A stretch of 64,000 nucleotides of DNA from Sporomusaceae bacterium (GCA_018434355.1 JAHDPL010000024.1:128522-192521), one strand, 5' to 3'; shown: positions 38,683-48,625, counted from the first letter of the stretch. Numbers and translations are program-made. Notes: generated from the letters alone by a model not told the origin.

Positions 38683-39495
38683 ATAGCCACTTTACCTATC
38701 ATTTACGCACTATCCGACTCGATCGGCGAGACGGCGGAAATGGTCGCCCGCGCTACCGCCAGCCAATTTGACTCCGGAAAATTTGACATTGTCCGCATCC
38801 CCTATATCACGTCAAGCGTCCAGATTCGGGAAACCTTGCGTGAAGCTTCCAAGCATACCTGCATCATCTGCCATACGTTGGTGTCGCCGGAGTTGCGGGA
38901 AACATTGTTGGAAGAGGCCAAAAAATATAATTTACAGACCGTTGACATTATGGGGCCGATGATTCGGGCGATTCAATCTGTGTCGGATTTAACTCCGAAA
39001 TTGAAACCCGGCCTGATTCATATGCTGGACCAGGATTATTTCAAACGGGTGGAAGCGGTTGAATTTGCTGTGAAGTATGACGATGGAAAAAACCCGTGGG
39101 GTTTGCTCAAAGCAGACCTGATACTGGTTGGCGTTTCCCGTACGTCCAAGACTCCGCTCAGCATGTATTTGGCTCACAAAAAAATCAAGGTGGCGAACGT
39201 ACCGCTTGTTCCGGAAGTTCCACCACCGGATGAATTATTTCAGGTTTCGCCGCAGAAAATTATCGGCTTGGTCATAGATTCCAGCAAGCTGAATGAAATC
39301 CGGGCGGAACGATTGAAAATCATGCGACTGCCGCCGGATGCCAATTATGCGACTCTGAATCGGATTGGCGATGAACTGGAGTATGCGATGAAAATCATGG
39401 AACGGATCGGCTGTCCGGTGATTGATGTTTCGCACAAAGCCATCGAAGAAACGGCCAATACGATTATGGAGATTGTATTCAAAAACAATCGGTAA
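38683..39495 (+). CDS. pyruvate,phosphate dikinase/PEP synthase regulatory protein (PSRP, DUF299; YqfL/YdiA homologue), apparently with non-canonical start
   Basis: Conserved PSRP N-terminus (TLPIIYALSDSIGETAEMVARA) is encoded upstream of the first ATG (38740) with no in-frame ATG/GTG/TTG; AAAGGAGG sits 8 nt before an ATA codon at 38683. Confidence 0.6.
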   Translation: MATLPIIYALSDSIGETAEMVARATASQFDSGKFDIVRIPYITSSVQIRETLREASKHTCIICHTLVSPELRETLLEEAKKYNLQTVDIMGPMIRAIQSVSDLTPKLKPGLIHMLDQDYFKRVEAVEFAVKYDDGKNPWGLLKADLILVGVSRTSKTPLSMYLAHKKIKVANVPLVPEVPPPDELFQVSPQKIIGLVIDSSKLNEIRAERLKIMRLPPDANYATLNRIGDELEYAMKIMERIGCPVIDVSHKAIEETANTIMEIVFKNNR

Positions 39496-39511
39496 GCAAT
39501 TCAGTAAATGA

Positions 39512-39542
39512 AAAATCCCGACCAGCTTCGGTCGGGATTTTT
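39512..39542 (+). terminator. bidirectional Rho-independent terminator
   Basis: AAATCCCGACC agcttc GGTCGGGATTT flanked by A- and T-runs; convergent genes on both sides. Confidence 0.8.
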
Positions 39543-39563
39543 AGTGTTGCGATAGAGGGGCCG

Positions 39564-40055
39564 CTAATTGACAAATTCTTTGGTTTCTACGTTGTATTTG
39601 ATGCTATCCGAGGAAACGACAGCCAACCCTGGCTGGATCACCTTGACATTACCTTTGAATATAGCAACCTTACTTTTCCAGTTGTAATCGACTTTGTCTG
39701 AAGTGATTTGCAGGCCGGTTCTTTGAAAATCCGCGCCGCCTTCGATCATGGCAATGTCTTTGCCAAAGACGACATACGCTGACTCTCCTTTAAAAGTGAC
39801 ATCGTATTGCTTTAGCAACCAACCGCCGGTTCCCCAAAATTCAAGCGTGGACAGCTTGACTTGGGCTTTTTCACCGGCAATAAAACCGTTTTCAACATTG
39901 ATTACGATGTTGCCGCTAACGACATATTGACCGGTTTCAATATCGAAATACTGTTTGTCGGCCCGGAAATATTTGTTGTTGACTGCTGCAAAGCTGGTTG
40001 AGGCAAATGCCAAAAGCACCAACAATGCAACAAGCATGATGCGAACTTGTTTCAT
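39564..40055 (-). CDS. secreted OstA/LptA-like beta-jellyroll protein (putative)
   Basis: Signal peptide MKQVRIMLVALLVLLAFASTSFA; repetitive beta-strand pattern (V.FKGNVKV, VDYNW...) reminiscent of LptA/LptC fold. Confidence 0.35.
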   Translation of the reverse strand: MKQVRIMLVALLVLLAFASTSFAAVNNKYFRADKQYFDIETGQYVVSGNIVINVENGFIAGEKAQVKLSTLEFWGTGGWLLKQYDVTFKGESAYVVFGKDIAMIEGGADFQRTGLQITSDKVDYNWKSKVAIFKGNVKVIQPGLAVVSSDSIKYNVETKEFVN

Positions 40056-40201
40056 TGCTAATCTCCTCGCTTATTAAATTTGTGGCGGAATCTTATATCA
40101 TTATTATACCATATGCTATTGAGACCTTTTCTGGTCATTGCGATAAAAACTCATGGAAATAGAAGGAACCGCAAGATTTTTAGCGAATAAGTAATATCAC
40201 T

Positions 40202-41992
40202 ATGAGAAAATATTCACTCCCGGATGATTTTGTTGACAAGCTTCGCTCACAGGCCGATATCGTTTCCATTATTGCCGAATATGTTCCGCTCAAACAAAAA
40301 GGACGTAACTATTGGGGTTGTTGCCCGTTTCATCAGGAAAAAACCCCGTCGTTTTCGGTGGCGCCGGAAAAGAATTTCTTTTATTGTTACGGTTGTCAGG
40401 CCGGCGGTGATGTGTTCCGTTTTTTGATGAAAATTGAAAATATCGGTTTTGTCGATTCAATCAAATTGTTGGCGCAAAAACTGGCGGTACCGGTGCCGGA
40501 AAAAGAACAGTCGGAAACCGAGCGCGCCCGGGAGAAGGAACGTGAGGAGATCTTACGGGCGAATGAATTGGCTCGCGACTTCTATTCGGCATGCATGACC
40601 AAATCGGCGCTGGGAATTAATGCGCTGGCATATCTCACCGGTCGGGGCCTTTCGGTGGATCAGGCGCAGGAGTTTCGGCTGGGGTTCGCCCCGGACGATT
40701 GGGATAAATGCGCCACAGCTTTGCAAAAACGCGGCATTTCAGCTGATATCCTGGTTAAAGCGGGCTTGGCGATTCCTCGTCCACAGTCGGGGGTATATGA
40801 CCGCTTCCGCAACCGGATCATGTTTCCGATTGAGGATATCCGTGGTCGGGTAATCGGCTTCGGCGGCAGAGTGATGGACGATACGCAGCCGAAATATCTT
40901 AATAGTCCTGAAACGCCCGTATTTAATAAACGTAAGCTGCTGTTCAATATTGCTCGTGCTTATCGCGCAATCAAGCAAGCAGGCTTTGCAGTGGTGGTTG
41001 AAGGCTACATGGATGCAATTGCCTTGGCCAGCAATGGAATTGACAACGTCGTTGCCTCACTGGGAACTGCGTTCACGCCGGAACAAGCCAGAATGCTGTT
41101 GCATTATGCGCCGGAAATCGTTTTTGCCTATGACAGTGATTCAGCGGGACAGAATGCAACATTGCGCGCTTTGTCGATTGTCCGGTCTAGCGGCGCGGTA
41201 GTTAGGATCGCTTCCTTTCCTGATGGCAAGGATCCAGACGAGGTATTGAGAAAATATGGTCCCCAATTGGTGCGGGAACGGATAACAGCCGCGGCGGGAT
41301 TATTGGAATATCAGATGGAGCAGGCTTTGTCTGGCGTCGACTACTCGGATTTGGCAGGTAAAGTGACTGTTGTCGGACGCGCCGTTCCTTATTTGGCGTT
41401 GGCCGATAATTTGGTGGAAGTCGATACACATATTGCGCGATTGGCGGAAAAACTGGCGATTGATGAAAATTCCATTCGTGGCGAGTTGCGTCGCGCACGT
41501 GGCGAAAATTCGCAGCAACGCCCCGTTGCCGTTCAGGTGAAACGAGGCGCTGACTCCAAACTAACCGGCGCTGAGGAAATTGTTTTGCGTCAGGCGCTGG
41601 AACAGCCTGAGAGCGTCCAGTCGATTCGGTCGCAACTGTCGCCGGAATTATTTCAGCCTGGATCGCGACGTAAACTCGCCGAAGCGATTTGGCGGTCTTA
41701 TTCCGACGGGATACCGGCGAGTCCGCTAGATTTGTTGCAAAGTCTGGACGAAGACACTGCGAAATTTTTATCGCGTCTGACGATGCAAGAGGATCAGGGA
41801 CCTGAGAAAGATCAAGCGCTTGGCGATAGTATCCGGATTATCTTGTTGGCGAAGCTAAACGAGGAATATGAGGCTCATCGGATGCAAGCCGATGAAATGT
41901 TGCGCCAAGGAGATTTGAATTATGTGCAGGAATTAAAGAATGCGCAGCGAATACTTACAAAAATTAGCGATTTAGCAAAATCGCCAGGTTGA
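40202..41992 (+). CDS. dnaG: DNA primase
   Basis: Zinc-ribbon CPFHQEKTPSFSV...YCYGCQAGGDVFRF, TOPRIM region; 596 aa. Confidence 0.95.
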   Translation: MRKYSLPDDFVDKLRSQADIVSIIAEYVPLKQKGRNYWGCCPFHQEKTPSFSVAPEKNFFYCYGCQAGGDVFRFLMKIENIGFVDSIKLLAQKLAVPVPEKEQSETERAREKEREEILRANELARDFYSACMTKSALGINALAYLTGRGLSVDQAQEFRLGFAPDDWDKCATALQKRGISADILVKAGLAIPRPQSGVYDRFRNRIMFPIEDIRGRVIGFGGRVMDDTQPKYLNSPETPVFNKRKLLFNIARAYRAIKQAGFAVVVEGYMDAIALASNGIDNVVASLGTAFTPEQARMLLHYAPEIVFAYDSDSAGQNATLRALSIVRSSGAVVRIASFPDGKDPDEVLRKYGPQLVRERITAAAGLLEYQMEQALSGVDYSDLAGKVTVVGRAVPYLALADNLVEVDTHIARLAEKLAIDENSIRGELRRARGENSQQRPVAVQVKRGADSKLTGAEEIVLRQALEQPESVQSIRSQLSPELFQPGSRRKLAEAIWRSYSDGIPASPLDLLQSLDEDTAKFLSRLTMQEDQGPEKDQALGDSIRIILLAKLNEEYEAHRMQADEMLRQGDLNYVQELKNAQRILTKISDLAKSPG

Positions 41993-42026
41993 AATAAATT
42001 TGTTTTGCAGCCGGAGGGAGTAGGGT

Positions 42027-43805
42027 TTGGGAATGATCGACAAGAAAAAGCTCATCAGTGACAAGGTGGATGAGCTGACCAAAAAAGCAGCACAAACGAA
42101 TGGAATGCTTGCGCATGTGGAAATCATGGATGCGTTTCAAAGCGATGATATTTCACCGGAAGAGATTGAAGACGTTTATGAGCTGCTGGCGAAAAAAAGC
42201 ATAGAAATTGTCGATGAAATTCCTGATCCCGACAGTATAGATGCGGCGCCGGGTGAAGCGGAACCTGTTGTTGAAGAGGCGGATCTGGAACAAGTGATTC
42301 CGGAAGGGGTCAGCATTGACGATCCTGTCCGGATGTATTTGAAAGAAATCGGAAGGGTATCTTTGCTTTCCGCCGTGGATGAAACAAAGTTGGCCCGGCG
42401 GATGGATAAAGGCAATGAAGCGCAATTGTTGCTTGACCTGATGGTTGAGGACGATGTCGATGAGTTGGACGGCGCCATGCCGTATGCTGAACGGATTGCG
42501 TTGGCGACGAAGTTGCTGGTGCACGAAGAATATGTTGTGAAAGTCCGATCAACAAGCGAAGTGCTGAAAAGTCTGCGTGAAATTGCAGCGAAAGCCGATC
42601 AAAAAATCTCACCGGCGTTATATCAATCTGCTATTGCAGAATTGACCAAGGAAGAAGTCCGGGCACTGCAAAATCATCTGAGTGCTGCCGGTGTAGAGAT
42701 AGCGGAAAGTGACATGACTGACGCTGTGTTTTTGGCGCCTGAACTGGACGGAGTCCCTCGGCTGGAGTTAACCGGATCGGTTGAAACGATGGATGTTTTA
42801 CGCGTATTGGTAGACTTGGGACGACGTCAGAGCAATCTGGCAACGACGGAACAACTGAATTTGGCACTGAAACCTAATGATCCATCGACGATACGATTGT
42901 CAGAGGGAACTCAGATTACCAAGATCTGTCTCGGGTTGGACGCCGAAGCGGTGCGTTTGATTGAGGGCGGGAATTTAGCCCTTTCCTATGGTTTGCTGCA
43001 AGGAATGCCTGCGTTCGATGGTCAGGTTGCTGAATTATTGGGCCGGATTCGTAATACGGCAAAAATCGCTCTAGAGCAAGGTGACCGGGCCAAAAGAAGT
43101 CTGTCGGAAGCCAATTTGCGGTTGGTCGTCAGTATTGCCAAACGCTATGTTGGTCGTGGCATGCTGTTCCTCGACCTGATTCAGGAAGGCAATCTTGGTT
43201 TGATTAAAGCGGTAGAAAAATTTGACTATACCAAAGGCTACAAATTCAGCACGTATGCAACATGGTGGATTCGCCAGGCAATTACGCGGGCGATTGCCGA
43301 TCAAGCGCGGACGATTCGGATTCCGGTCCACATGGTCGAAACGATTAATAAACTGATTCGGGTTTCGCGCCAACTGTTGCAAGAACTGGGCCGCGAGCCG
43401 GCGCCGGACGAGATTGCTAAAGTGATGGATATTTCCGTTGAACGGGTGCGGGAAATCATGAAGATTGCCCAGGAGCCGGTGTCTTTGGAAACGCCGATCG
43501 GCGAGGAAGAAGACTCGCATCTGGGAGATTTCATTGAGGATGCCGATGCACAGGCGCCGGCTGACGCCGCTTCATTCATGGTGCTTAAGGAGCAGCTGGA
43601 GGAAGTGCTGGAAACATTGACGCCGCGTGAAAAAAAGGTATTGCGGCTACGTTTCGGATTAGATGACGGAAGGGCACGCACATTGGAAGAAGTTGGACAT
43701 CATTTTCAGGTTACTCGTGAGCGAATCCGGCAGATTGAAGCAAAGGCGCTGCGAAAATTGCGGCACCCGAGCCGCAGTAAAAAATTGAAAGACTTCCTGG
43801 AATAA
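42027..43805 (+). CDS. rpoD: RNA polymerase primary sigma factor (sigma-70/SigA), long form with extended non-conserved region
   Basis: Regions 2-4: [47 protein letters not shown]..., region 4.2 HTH; start TTG 42027 or ATG 42033. Confidence 0.95.
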   Translation: MGMIDKKKLISDKVDELTKKAAQTNGMLAHVEIMDAFQSDDISPEEIEDVYELLAKKSIEIVDEIPDPDSIDAAPGEAEPVVEEADLEQVIPEGVSIDDPVRMYLKEIGRVSLLSAVDETKLARRMDKGNEAQLLLDLMVEDDVDELDGAMPYAERIALATKLLVHEEYVVKVRSTSEVLKSLREIAAKADQKISPALYQSAIAELTKEEVRALQNHLSAAGVEIAESDMTDAVFLAPELDGVPRLELTGSVETMDVLRVLVDLGRRQSNLATTEQLNLALKPNDPSTIRLSEGTQITKICLGLDAEAVRLIEGGNLALSYGLLQGMPAFDGQVAELLGRIRNTAKIALEQGDRAKRSLSEANLRLVVSIAKRYVGRGMLFLDLIQEGNLGLIKAVEKFDYTKGYKFSTYATWWIRQAITRAIADQARTIRIPVHMVETINKLIRVSRQLLQELGREPAPDEIAKVMDISVERVREIMKIAQEPVSLETPIGEEEDSHLGDFIEDADAQAPADAASFMVLKEQLEEVLETLTPREKKVLRLRFGLDDGRARTLEEVGHHFQVTRERIRQIEAKALRKLRHPSRSKKLKDFLE

Positions 43806-43883
43806 AAAATAATTCAAAAATCCCTGCAAAACCCCTTGACGAGCACTGGTCCGGTATATTACAATAAATGACGTTGACAACAT

Positions 43884-43958
43884 TCCTCGATAGCTCAATG
43901 GTAGAGCACGCGGCTGTTAACCGCGGGGTTGTAGGTTCGAGTCCTACTCGAGGAGCCA
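43884..43958 (+). tRNA. tRNA-Asn (GTT)
   Basis: Cloverleaf with acceptor TCCTCGA/TCGAGGA, anticodon loop CTGTTAA, T-loop GGTTCGAGTCC, encoded CCA. Confidence 0.9.
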
Positions 43959-44007
43959 ATTTTAAAAATCGGCAGGCTTTCTTCGGAAAACCTGTTTTGT
44001 GTCTCCG

Positions 44008-44082
44008 GGGCCTATAGCTCAGCGGTAGAGCCGCCGGCTCATAACCGGCTGGTCCCTGGTTCGATCCCAGGTGGGCCCACCA
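44008..44082 (+). tRNA. tRNA-Met (CAT; elongator or possibly tRNA-Ile2)
   Basis: Acceptor GGGCCTA/TGGGCCC (G1-C72 paired, so not initiator), anticodon loop CTCATAA, T-loop GGTTCGATCCC, CCA. Confidence 0.85.
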
Positions 44083-44092
44083 CATTACATAT

Positions 44093-44167
44093 GGCCCGTT
44101 GGTCAAGCGGTTAAGACACCGCCCTTTCACGGCGGTATCGGGGGTTCGATTCCCCCACGGGTCACCA
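44093..44167 (+). tRNA. tRNA-Glu (TTC)
   Basis: Acceptor GGCCCGT/ACGGGTC, anticodon stem CCGCC/GGCGG with loop CTTTCAC, T-arm GGGGGTTCGATTCCCCC, CCA. Confidence 0.9.
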
Positions 44168-44177
44168 AGCAAGCTAA

Positions 44178-44203
44178 GTCCGGGAGTAACCCGGACTTTT
44201 TTG
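44178..44203 (+). terminator. Rho-independent terminator after tRNA cluster
   Basis: GTCCGGGAGTAACCCGGAC + T6. Confidence 0.85.
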
Positions 44204-44265
44204 TTTTATGCAGGGGTCGCTTGGTTTATGTAGAATAATCAATTAGACGATAGGAGGAGCGCTTT

Positions 44266-44955
44266 ATGATTTTGGGAGAAAGACTGCGGACGGTCGCCGA
44301 GTTGGTTGGCGATTTCCGACGGTTAGCCGATATTGGGTCCGATCATGCCTATTTGCCGGTTTGGTTGGTTTTGCATGGGAAAGCCGACTTTGTTATCGCG
44401 GGGGAAATTCAGCGAGGACCGCTGGAGGCTGCCCGTCGAACGATAAATGAAATGGCGCTGGAAGATTGCATTGAAGTGCGATTGGGTGACGGACTAGCCG
44501 TTGTCCGTCCGGGTGAAGTCGATGCGGTGGTGATTGCGGGTATGGGTGGGGCGACGATTCGCGGTATTTTGGAACGGTCTTCCCAGGTTGTCAACAACTT
44601 ATCGAGGGTTGTATGCCAACCGATGACTGGCGCAGCCGGTCTGCGCCGATGGTTGATTCACCATGGTTGGTTGATTGATACCGAAGAATTGGTCAGCGAA
44701 GATGGACGGTTATACGAAATATTTGCAGCGAAACCCGGGTCGGTAGCTCTGTCAGATGAGCTGTTGCTTGAAGTTGGGCCTTTATTGTGGAAAAATCGTC
44801 ACCCTTTATTGCCGGATCACATTGATCGGCTACTACAGCAGTATAAATCGCGCGTTGACGCTATGCAGCATTCGGTTGCCCCGGCTGTTGCAGCGCAAAA
44901 GCAACTTTGGCAACAAAGGATTACTGAATTGGAGGCGATGAGGACATGTCTGTAA
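44266..44955 (+). CDS. trmK: tRNA (adenine22-N1)-methyltransferase
   Basis: Class I SAM-MTase (YqfN/TrmK) N-terminus; position after rpoD as in B. subtilis. Confidence 0.8.
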   Translation: MILGERLRTVAELVGDFRRLADIGSDHAYLPVWLVLHGKADFVIAGEIQRGPLEAARRTINEMALEDCIEVRLGDGLAVVRPGEVDAVVIAGMGGATIRGILERSSQVVNNLSRVVCQPMTGAAGLRRWLIHHGWLIDTEELVSEDGRLYEIFAAKPGSVALSDELLLEVGPLLWKNRHPLLPDHIDRLLQQYKSRVDAMQHSVAPAVAAQKQLWQQRITELEAMRTCL

Positions 44956-46061
44956 GTTGTGCGGCGATTGCGGCGGCGATTGAAAAGATGGCCCCGCTGG
45001 CAATGGCGGAGAGCTGGGATAACGTGGGGCTGTTGGTCGGTTGCGCTGATCAAATGGTTGAACGCGCACTATTAACGGTCGACGTAACGACTCCTGTTAT
45101 CGAAGAAGCGATCGATATGGGCGCAACGATGCTGATTACTCATCACCCGTTTCCGTTCCAAGCGCTGAAAAGGTTGCAAACCGACACGGAGGCCGGTTGC
45201 ATGCTGTCAAGTCTGTTAAAGCGTGATATTGCGGTTTACGCCGCGCATACCAATCTCGACCAGGCCGATGGCGGCATTAATACTGCGTTGGCGAAAATCT
45301 TGCAACTGACTGATGTTCATCCGTTGCGGCCTTATCGCGAATCGTTGGTGAAAATTGTCGTATATGTACCCGCTGGGCATGAGGATAAAGTGCTGTCTGC
45401 AATGAGTAACGCAGGCGCTGGTCATATCGGTAACTATAGCGATTGCTCATTTCGCACGACGGGCCTCGGGACCTATAGGCCGCTTAGCGGGAGCCGGCCC
45501 TTCCTTGGCGAGTTGGATGCGTTGTCAACAGTCGAAGAGAACCGGTTGGAAACCGTAGCGCCGGAAAAACTCTTGCGACCGGTTGTGCAGTCGATGCTGG
45601 ACGCCCATCCTTACGAAGAAGTTGCTTATGATGTGTTGTCACTGCGAAACACGCATGTTAACGGCGGGATGGGACGTATCGGTTGTTTGGAAAAAGAAGT
45701 CCGGTTATCAGATTTTGCCGTTCAAGTAAAACAGGCGCTCGGGGTAACGGGGCTAAGAATCTATGGTTCTGCGGAAACCCCAATTAAACGGGTGGCAGTA
45801 TGCGGCGGCGCCGGAATGGATTGCGCGTCGGTCGCAGCGTCTGAAGGTGCAACGGTGTTAGTGACGGGTGATATACGTTATCACGATGCACAAGCTGCGT
45901 TGTCGCAAGGGCTCTGCCTGATTGACGCCGGGCATTTTGCTACCGAATATCCCGGCATGGTCGCATTAAATTCGTATTTGCGTCACTGTGCGGTCGAGGC
46001 CGGATGGCGAAGTGACTTCCATGTCGCCAAGCGACAGGCGGCGATTTGCTGGCAAGGCTGA
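44946..46061 (+). CDS. Nif3-family dinuclear metal centre protein (YqfO-like)
   Basis: N-terminal WDNVGLLVG and HHP motif (MLITHHPFPF); 371 aa with insert domain; overlaps trmK stop. Confidence 0.8.
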   Translation: MSVSCAAIAAAIEKMAPLAMAESWDNVGLLVGCADQMVERALLTVDVTTPVIEEAIDMGATMLITHHPFPFQALKRLQTDTEAGCMLSSLLKRDIAVYAAHTNLDQADGGINTALAKILQLTDVHPLRPYRESLVKIVVYVPAGHEDKVLSAMSNAGAGHIGNYSDCSFRTTGLGTYRPLSGSRPFLGELDALSTVEENRLETVAPEKLLRPVVQSMLDAHPYEEVAYDVLSLRNTHVNGGMGRIGCLEKEVRLSDFAVQVKQALGVTGLRIYGSAETPIKRVAVCGGAGMDCASVAASEGATVLVTGDIRYHDAQAALSQGLCLIDAGHFATEYPGMVALNSYLRHCAVEAGWRSDFHVAKRQAAICWQG

Positions 46062-46167
46062 CGCACCCTCCAATGACTGTGTCTCAACGCTTTCTTTTTT
46101 CTGAAATTCGTGTATAATAAGGATAGAAATATATGATAACGCTTTTCAGTTATGGGGGCGCTGCATC

Positions 46168-46407
46168 TTGGATAAGCAAATTTCGTTGGATTCCGTTGCC
46201 GAACAACACGAGATGAAGATCACTGAAATAACCGGATCAAGAGCCCAAAGAACCAGAATGCTGCAGATGGGCTTCACACCGGGGGCGCGTGTGCGAATTG
46301 TACGGCGGGCTCCGATGAATGATCCTGTTGAAATCAAACTACGAGGGACCAGTGTATTGCTGCGACGGGATGAATGCCAGAATATCAAGGTGGCCGAAGC
46401 TGAGTGA
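46168..46407 (+). CDS. feoA: FeoA-family protein
   Basis: LQMGFTPGARVRIVRRAPMNDPVEIKLRGTSVLLRRDECQNIKV; alternative start ATG 46213 gives canonical ~65 aa FeoA. Confidence 0.8.
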   Translation: MDKQISLDSVAEQHEMKITEITGSRAQRTRMLQMGFTPGARVRIVRRAPMNDPVEIKLRGTSVLLRRDECQNIKVAEAE

Positions 46408-48326
46408 TTGAACAAGTAAATCGACCGGTCAGTGTTGCGATCGTTGGCAATCCCAATGTGGGAAAAAGTGTATTGTTCAATGCCATTACAGGCGCAAGTC
46501 AGACGATCGGCAACTGGTGCGGCAAGACAACGGATGTTTGTACGTTGGCTGTGCATTATGAAAACAGGGAATTGCACTTCACCGATTTACCGGGAATATA
46601 CGGATTTGGCGGTCATTCGCCGGAAGAAATTCTGGTGAATGATTTTTTGCGTGACGAACCGCCGGATGTTGTGATGGTGGTTCTGGACGTAATGAACCTG
46701 GAAAGGGGTTTGTATTTGCTGCTGGAAACTCTCGAACGCTACAGCAAAGTCATGGTTGTGCTCAATAAGGTAGATGTGGCGCGGGAGAAAGATATAGCGG
46801 TTTATCATGACCGGTTGGAAGCAGAGTTGCAGGTTCCTGTATTGCCGGAAATCATCAAGGGGCGCTTGAACCCGCGAGAGTTGTTCGCAACTTTGATTGA
46901 CATGGCTGATTCTCTGACAGTGTTGCGTACTCATTCGATACGCTATGCAGAGGCGATTGAGCGGCAATTGATCGAGCGCAAAGATTCGGTCGTTGATAGC
47001 CGGTTTGGCAGTGCCCGTTGGGTGTTGCTGAAGCAGCTTGATGCGTCCGATGACGCGTTGCAAACGGAAATCATCAGTACTCGCTACAAATTGGCCGAAG
47101 ATGTTGCTGCGAGGGTGATGGCACGTCGTTCATCAGGAGAAACTTTGTCGGACCGGATCGATCGGTGGGTTCTGCATCCGGTGCTGGGCGGTCCGCTGAT
47201 GTTACTGACATTCGGTTTGGTCTTTTATTTGACGTTTACGATTAGTCGCCCGGCGTCTGAATGGTTGTCGGAAAACTTCGACCTGTTTGGCATCTGGCTG
47301 GATGCTGTAATGTCGGAGCGTGGTGTTCCTTCTCTATTGGCGGGTATGCTGGTGGATGGAGTCATCAAAGGCGTCGGTGCGGCAGTGGGATTTTTGCCGC
47401 AGATGGCGTTGTTTTTTCTGTTTTACACGCTGATTCAAGATAGCGGTTACATGGTCAGGGTGGTTTTTTTGGCTGACCGGGTTATGAGTGCGCTTGGGAT
47501 GAACGGGAAAACATTCTTGCCGCTGGTACTTGGATGCAGTTGTAATGTCAATGGCGTATTGGCTTCGCGGATTTTGTCCAGCCCATACGACAGAACTGTG
47601 GCGATTTTAATCAGTTCCTATGCGCCGTGTCCGGCCAGGCTCGGCGTGATGGTATATTTGGTCTCGGCATTCTTTGCATCAACGGCCGCTACGTTTGTCA
47701 TGCTGGCATTGTTGGGAATCAGCCTTGGTCTAATGGTCGTTGTGGCATATATTGTCAGTCTGTTTATTTCGCGCTCGGGTGAAGGTTCGTTTATTATGGA
47801 ATTGCCGTCATACCAAAGCCCGACTTTATTCGGACTGGTCAAATCGGCCTCCATGTTGACGATGAGCTTTATCCGTCGCATTCGTAATGTAATTATTGCT
47901 GCGTCAATTTTGATGTGGATATTGTCCACTTTCCCTTTGGGTGCTTTCGAAGATAGCTATATTGTGGCAATCGGTAAAGTGTTGGAACCTGTCGGACAAA
48001 TCATCGGGTTGAGTTGGCAACTGATTGTCGCTCTGCTTTTCGGAATTGCGGCCAAGGAAAGTGTTCTGTCCAGTTTGGGGATCATTTATCATGCAGCGCA
48101 GGATTCCGGCAACCTGGCGGAAATATTGACTCATAACATTTCGCCGTTGACTGCGTTCACATTTTTGCTAGTGTACATGATCTATACGCCGTGTGTGACA
48201 ACGCTGATCACTATGTACCATGAAACCCGCGACTGGCGGATCGTACTGTACGGTGCGGCGGGCAGCTTTATCTTGGCGTTGGTCCTTGGCGGTATCGCAT
48301 TTCAGGTTGGGCGACTGATATTTTAG
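46404..48326 (+). CDS. feoB: ferrous iron transporter B
   Basis: G-domain VAIVGNPNVGKSVLFNAITG, DLPGIYG, NKVD; polytopic C-terminal permease; GTG start overlapping feoA stop. Confidence 0.9.
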   Translation: MIEQVNRPVSVAIVGNPNVGKSVLFNAITGASQTIGNWCGKTTDVCTLAVHYENRELHFTDLPGIYGFGGHSPEEILVNDFLRDEPPDVVMVVLDVMNLERGLYLLLETLERYSKVMVVLNKVDVAREKDIAVYHDRLEAELQVPVLPEIIKGRLNPRELFATLIDMADSLTVLRTHSIRYAEAIERQLIERKDSVVDSRFGSARWVLLKQLDASDDALQTEIISTRYKLAEDVAARVMARRSSGETLSDRIDRWVLHPVLGGPLMLLTFGLVFYLTFTISRPASEWLSENFDLFGIWLDAVMSERGVPSLLAGMLVDGVIKGVGAAVGFLPQMALFFLFYTLIQDSGYMVRVVFLADRVMSALGMNGKTFLPLVLGCSCNVNGVLASRILSSPYDRTVAILISSYAPCPARLGVMVYLVSAFFASTAATFVMLALLGISLGLMVVVAYIVSLFISRSGEGSFIMELPSYQSPTLFGLVKSASMLTMSFIRRIRNVIIAASILMWILSTFPLGAFEDSYIVAIGKVLEPVGQIIGLSWQLIVALLFGIAAKESVLSSLGIIYHAAQDSGNLAEILTHNISPLTAFTFLLVYMIYTPCVTTLITMYHETRDWRIVLYGAAGSFILALVLGGIAFQVGRLIF

Positions 48327-48369
48327 AACAGACAGGCGGATTGACGATTCTCGTTAGCTATGAATTTTA

Positions 48370-48406
48370 AGCGCCGGACAGGGGGACTTGTCCGGCGCTT
48401 TCATTT
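48370..48406 (+). terminator. Rho-independent terminator after feoB
   Basis: AGCGCCGGACAGGGGGACTTGTCCGGCGCT + TTCATTT. Confidence 0.75.
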
Positions 48407-48523
48407 GCCGATCGACAAGTCGAAATAAATTAAAAATTTCTCACAATATACTTGTCAGACAAATATGAATATGATAATATAAAAACAGAAATTGACACGA
48501 CAAATATTAAGGAGGATGAAACG

Positions 48524-48625
48524 ATGTATCAGGTTATTTTGGCGGAACGGGAAAAGAAGACGGCAAAAGTTGTGCTGGCGTTTTTTCTAGCCGAAGCAAT
48601 CGTTTTATCGTTCGCCTTCTTATAA
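48524..48625 (+). CDS. small hypothetical membrane peptide (33 aa)
   Basis: GGAGG + 8 nt + ATG; MYQVILAEREKKTAKVVLAFFLAEAIVLSFAFL (charged N-part, hydrophobic C-part); not in ORF track. Confidence 0.35.
   Translation: MYQVILAEREKKTAKVVLAFFLAEAIVLSFAFL

Noticed and set aside
43711-44172. 153-aa minus-strand ORF covering the tRNA-Asn/Met/Glu cluster
   Set aside because: Overlaps three cloverleaf tRNAs with encoded CCA ends and is not a real CDS.
48516-48590. Alternative ATG at 48516 giving a 24-aa basic peptide
   Set aside because: GGAGG abuts the ATG with zero spacing. The ATG at 48524 has proper 8-nt spacing.
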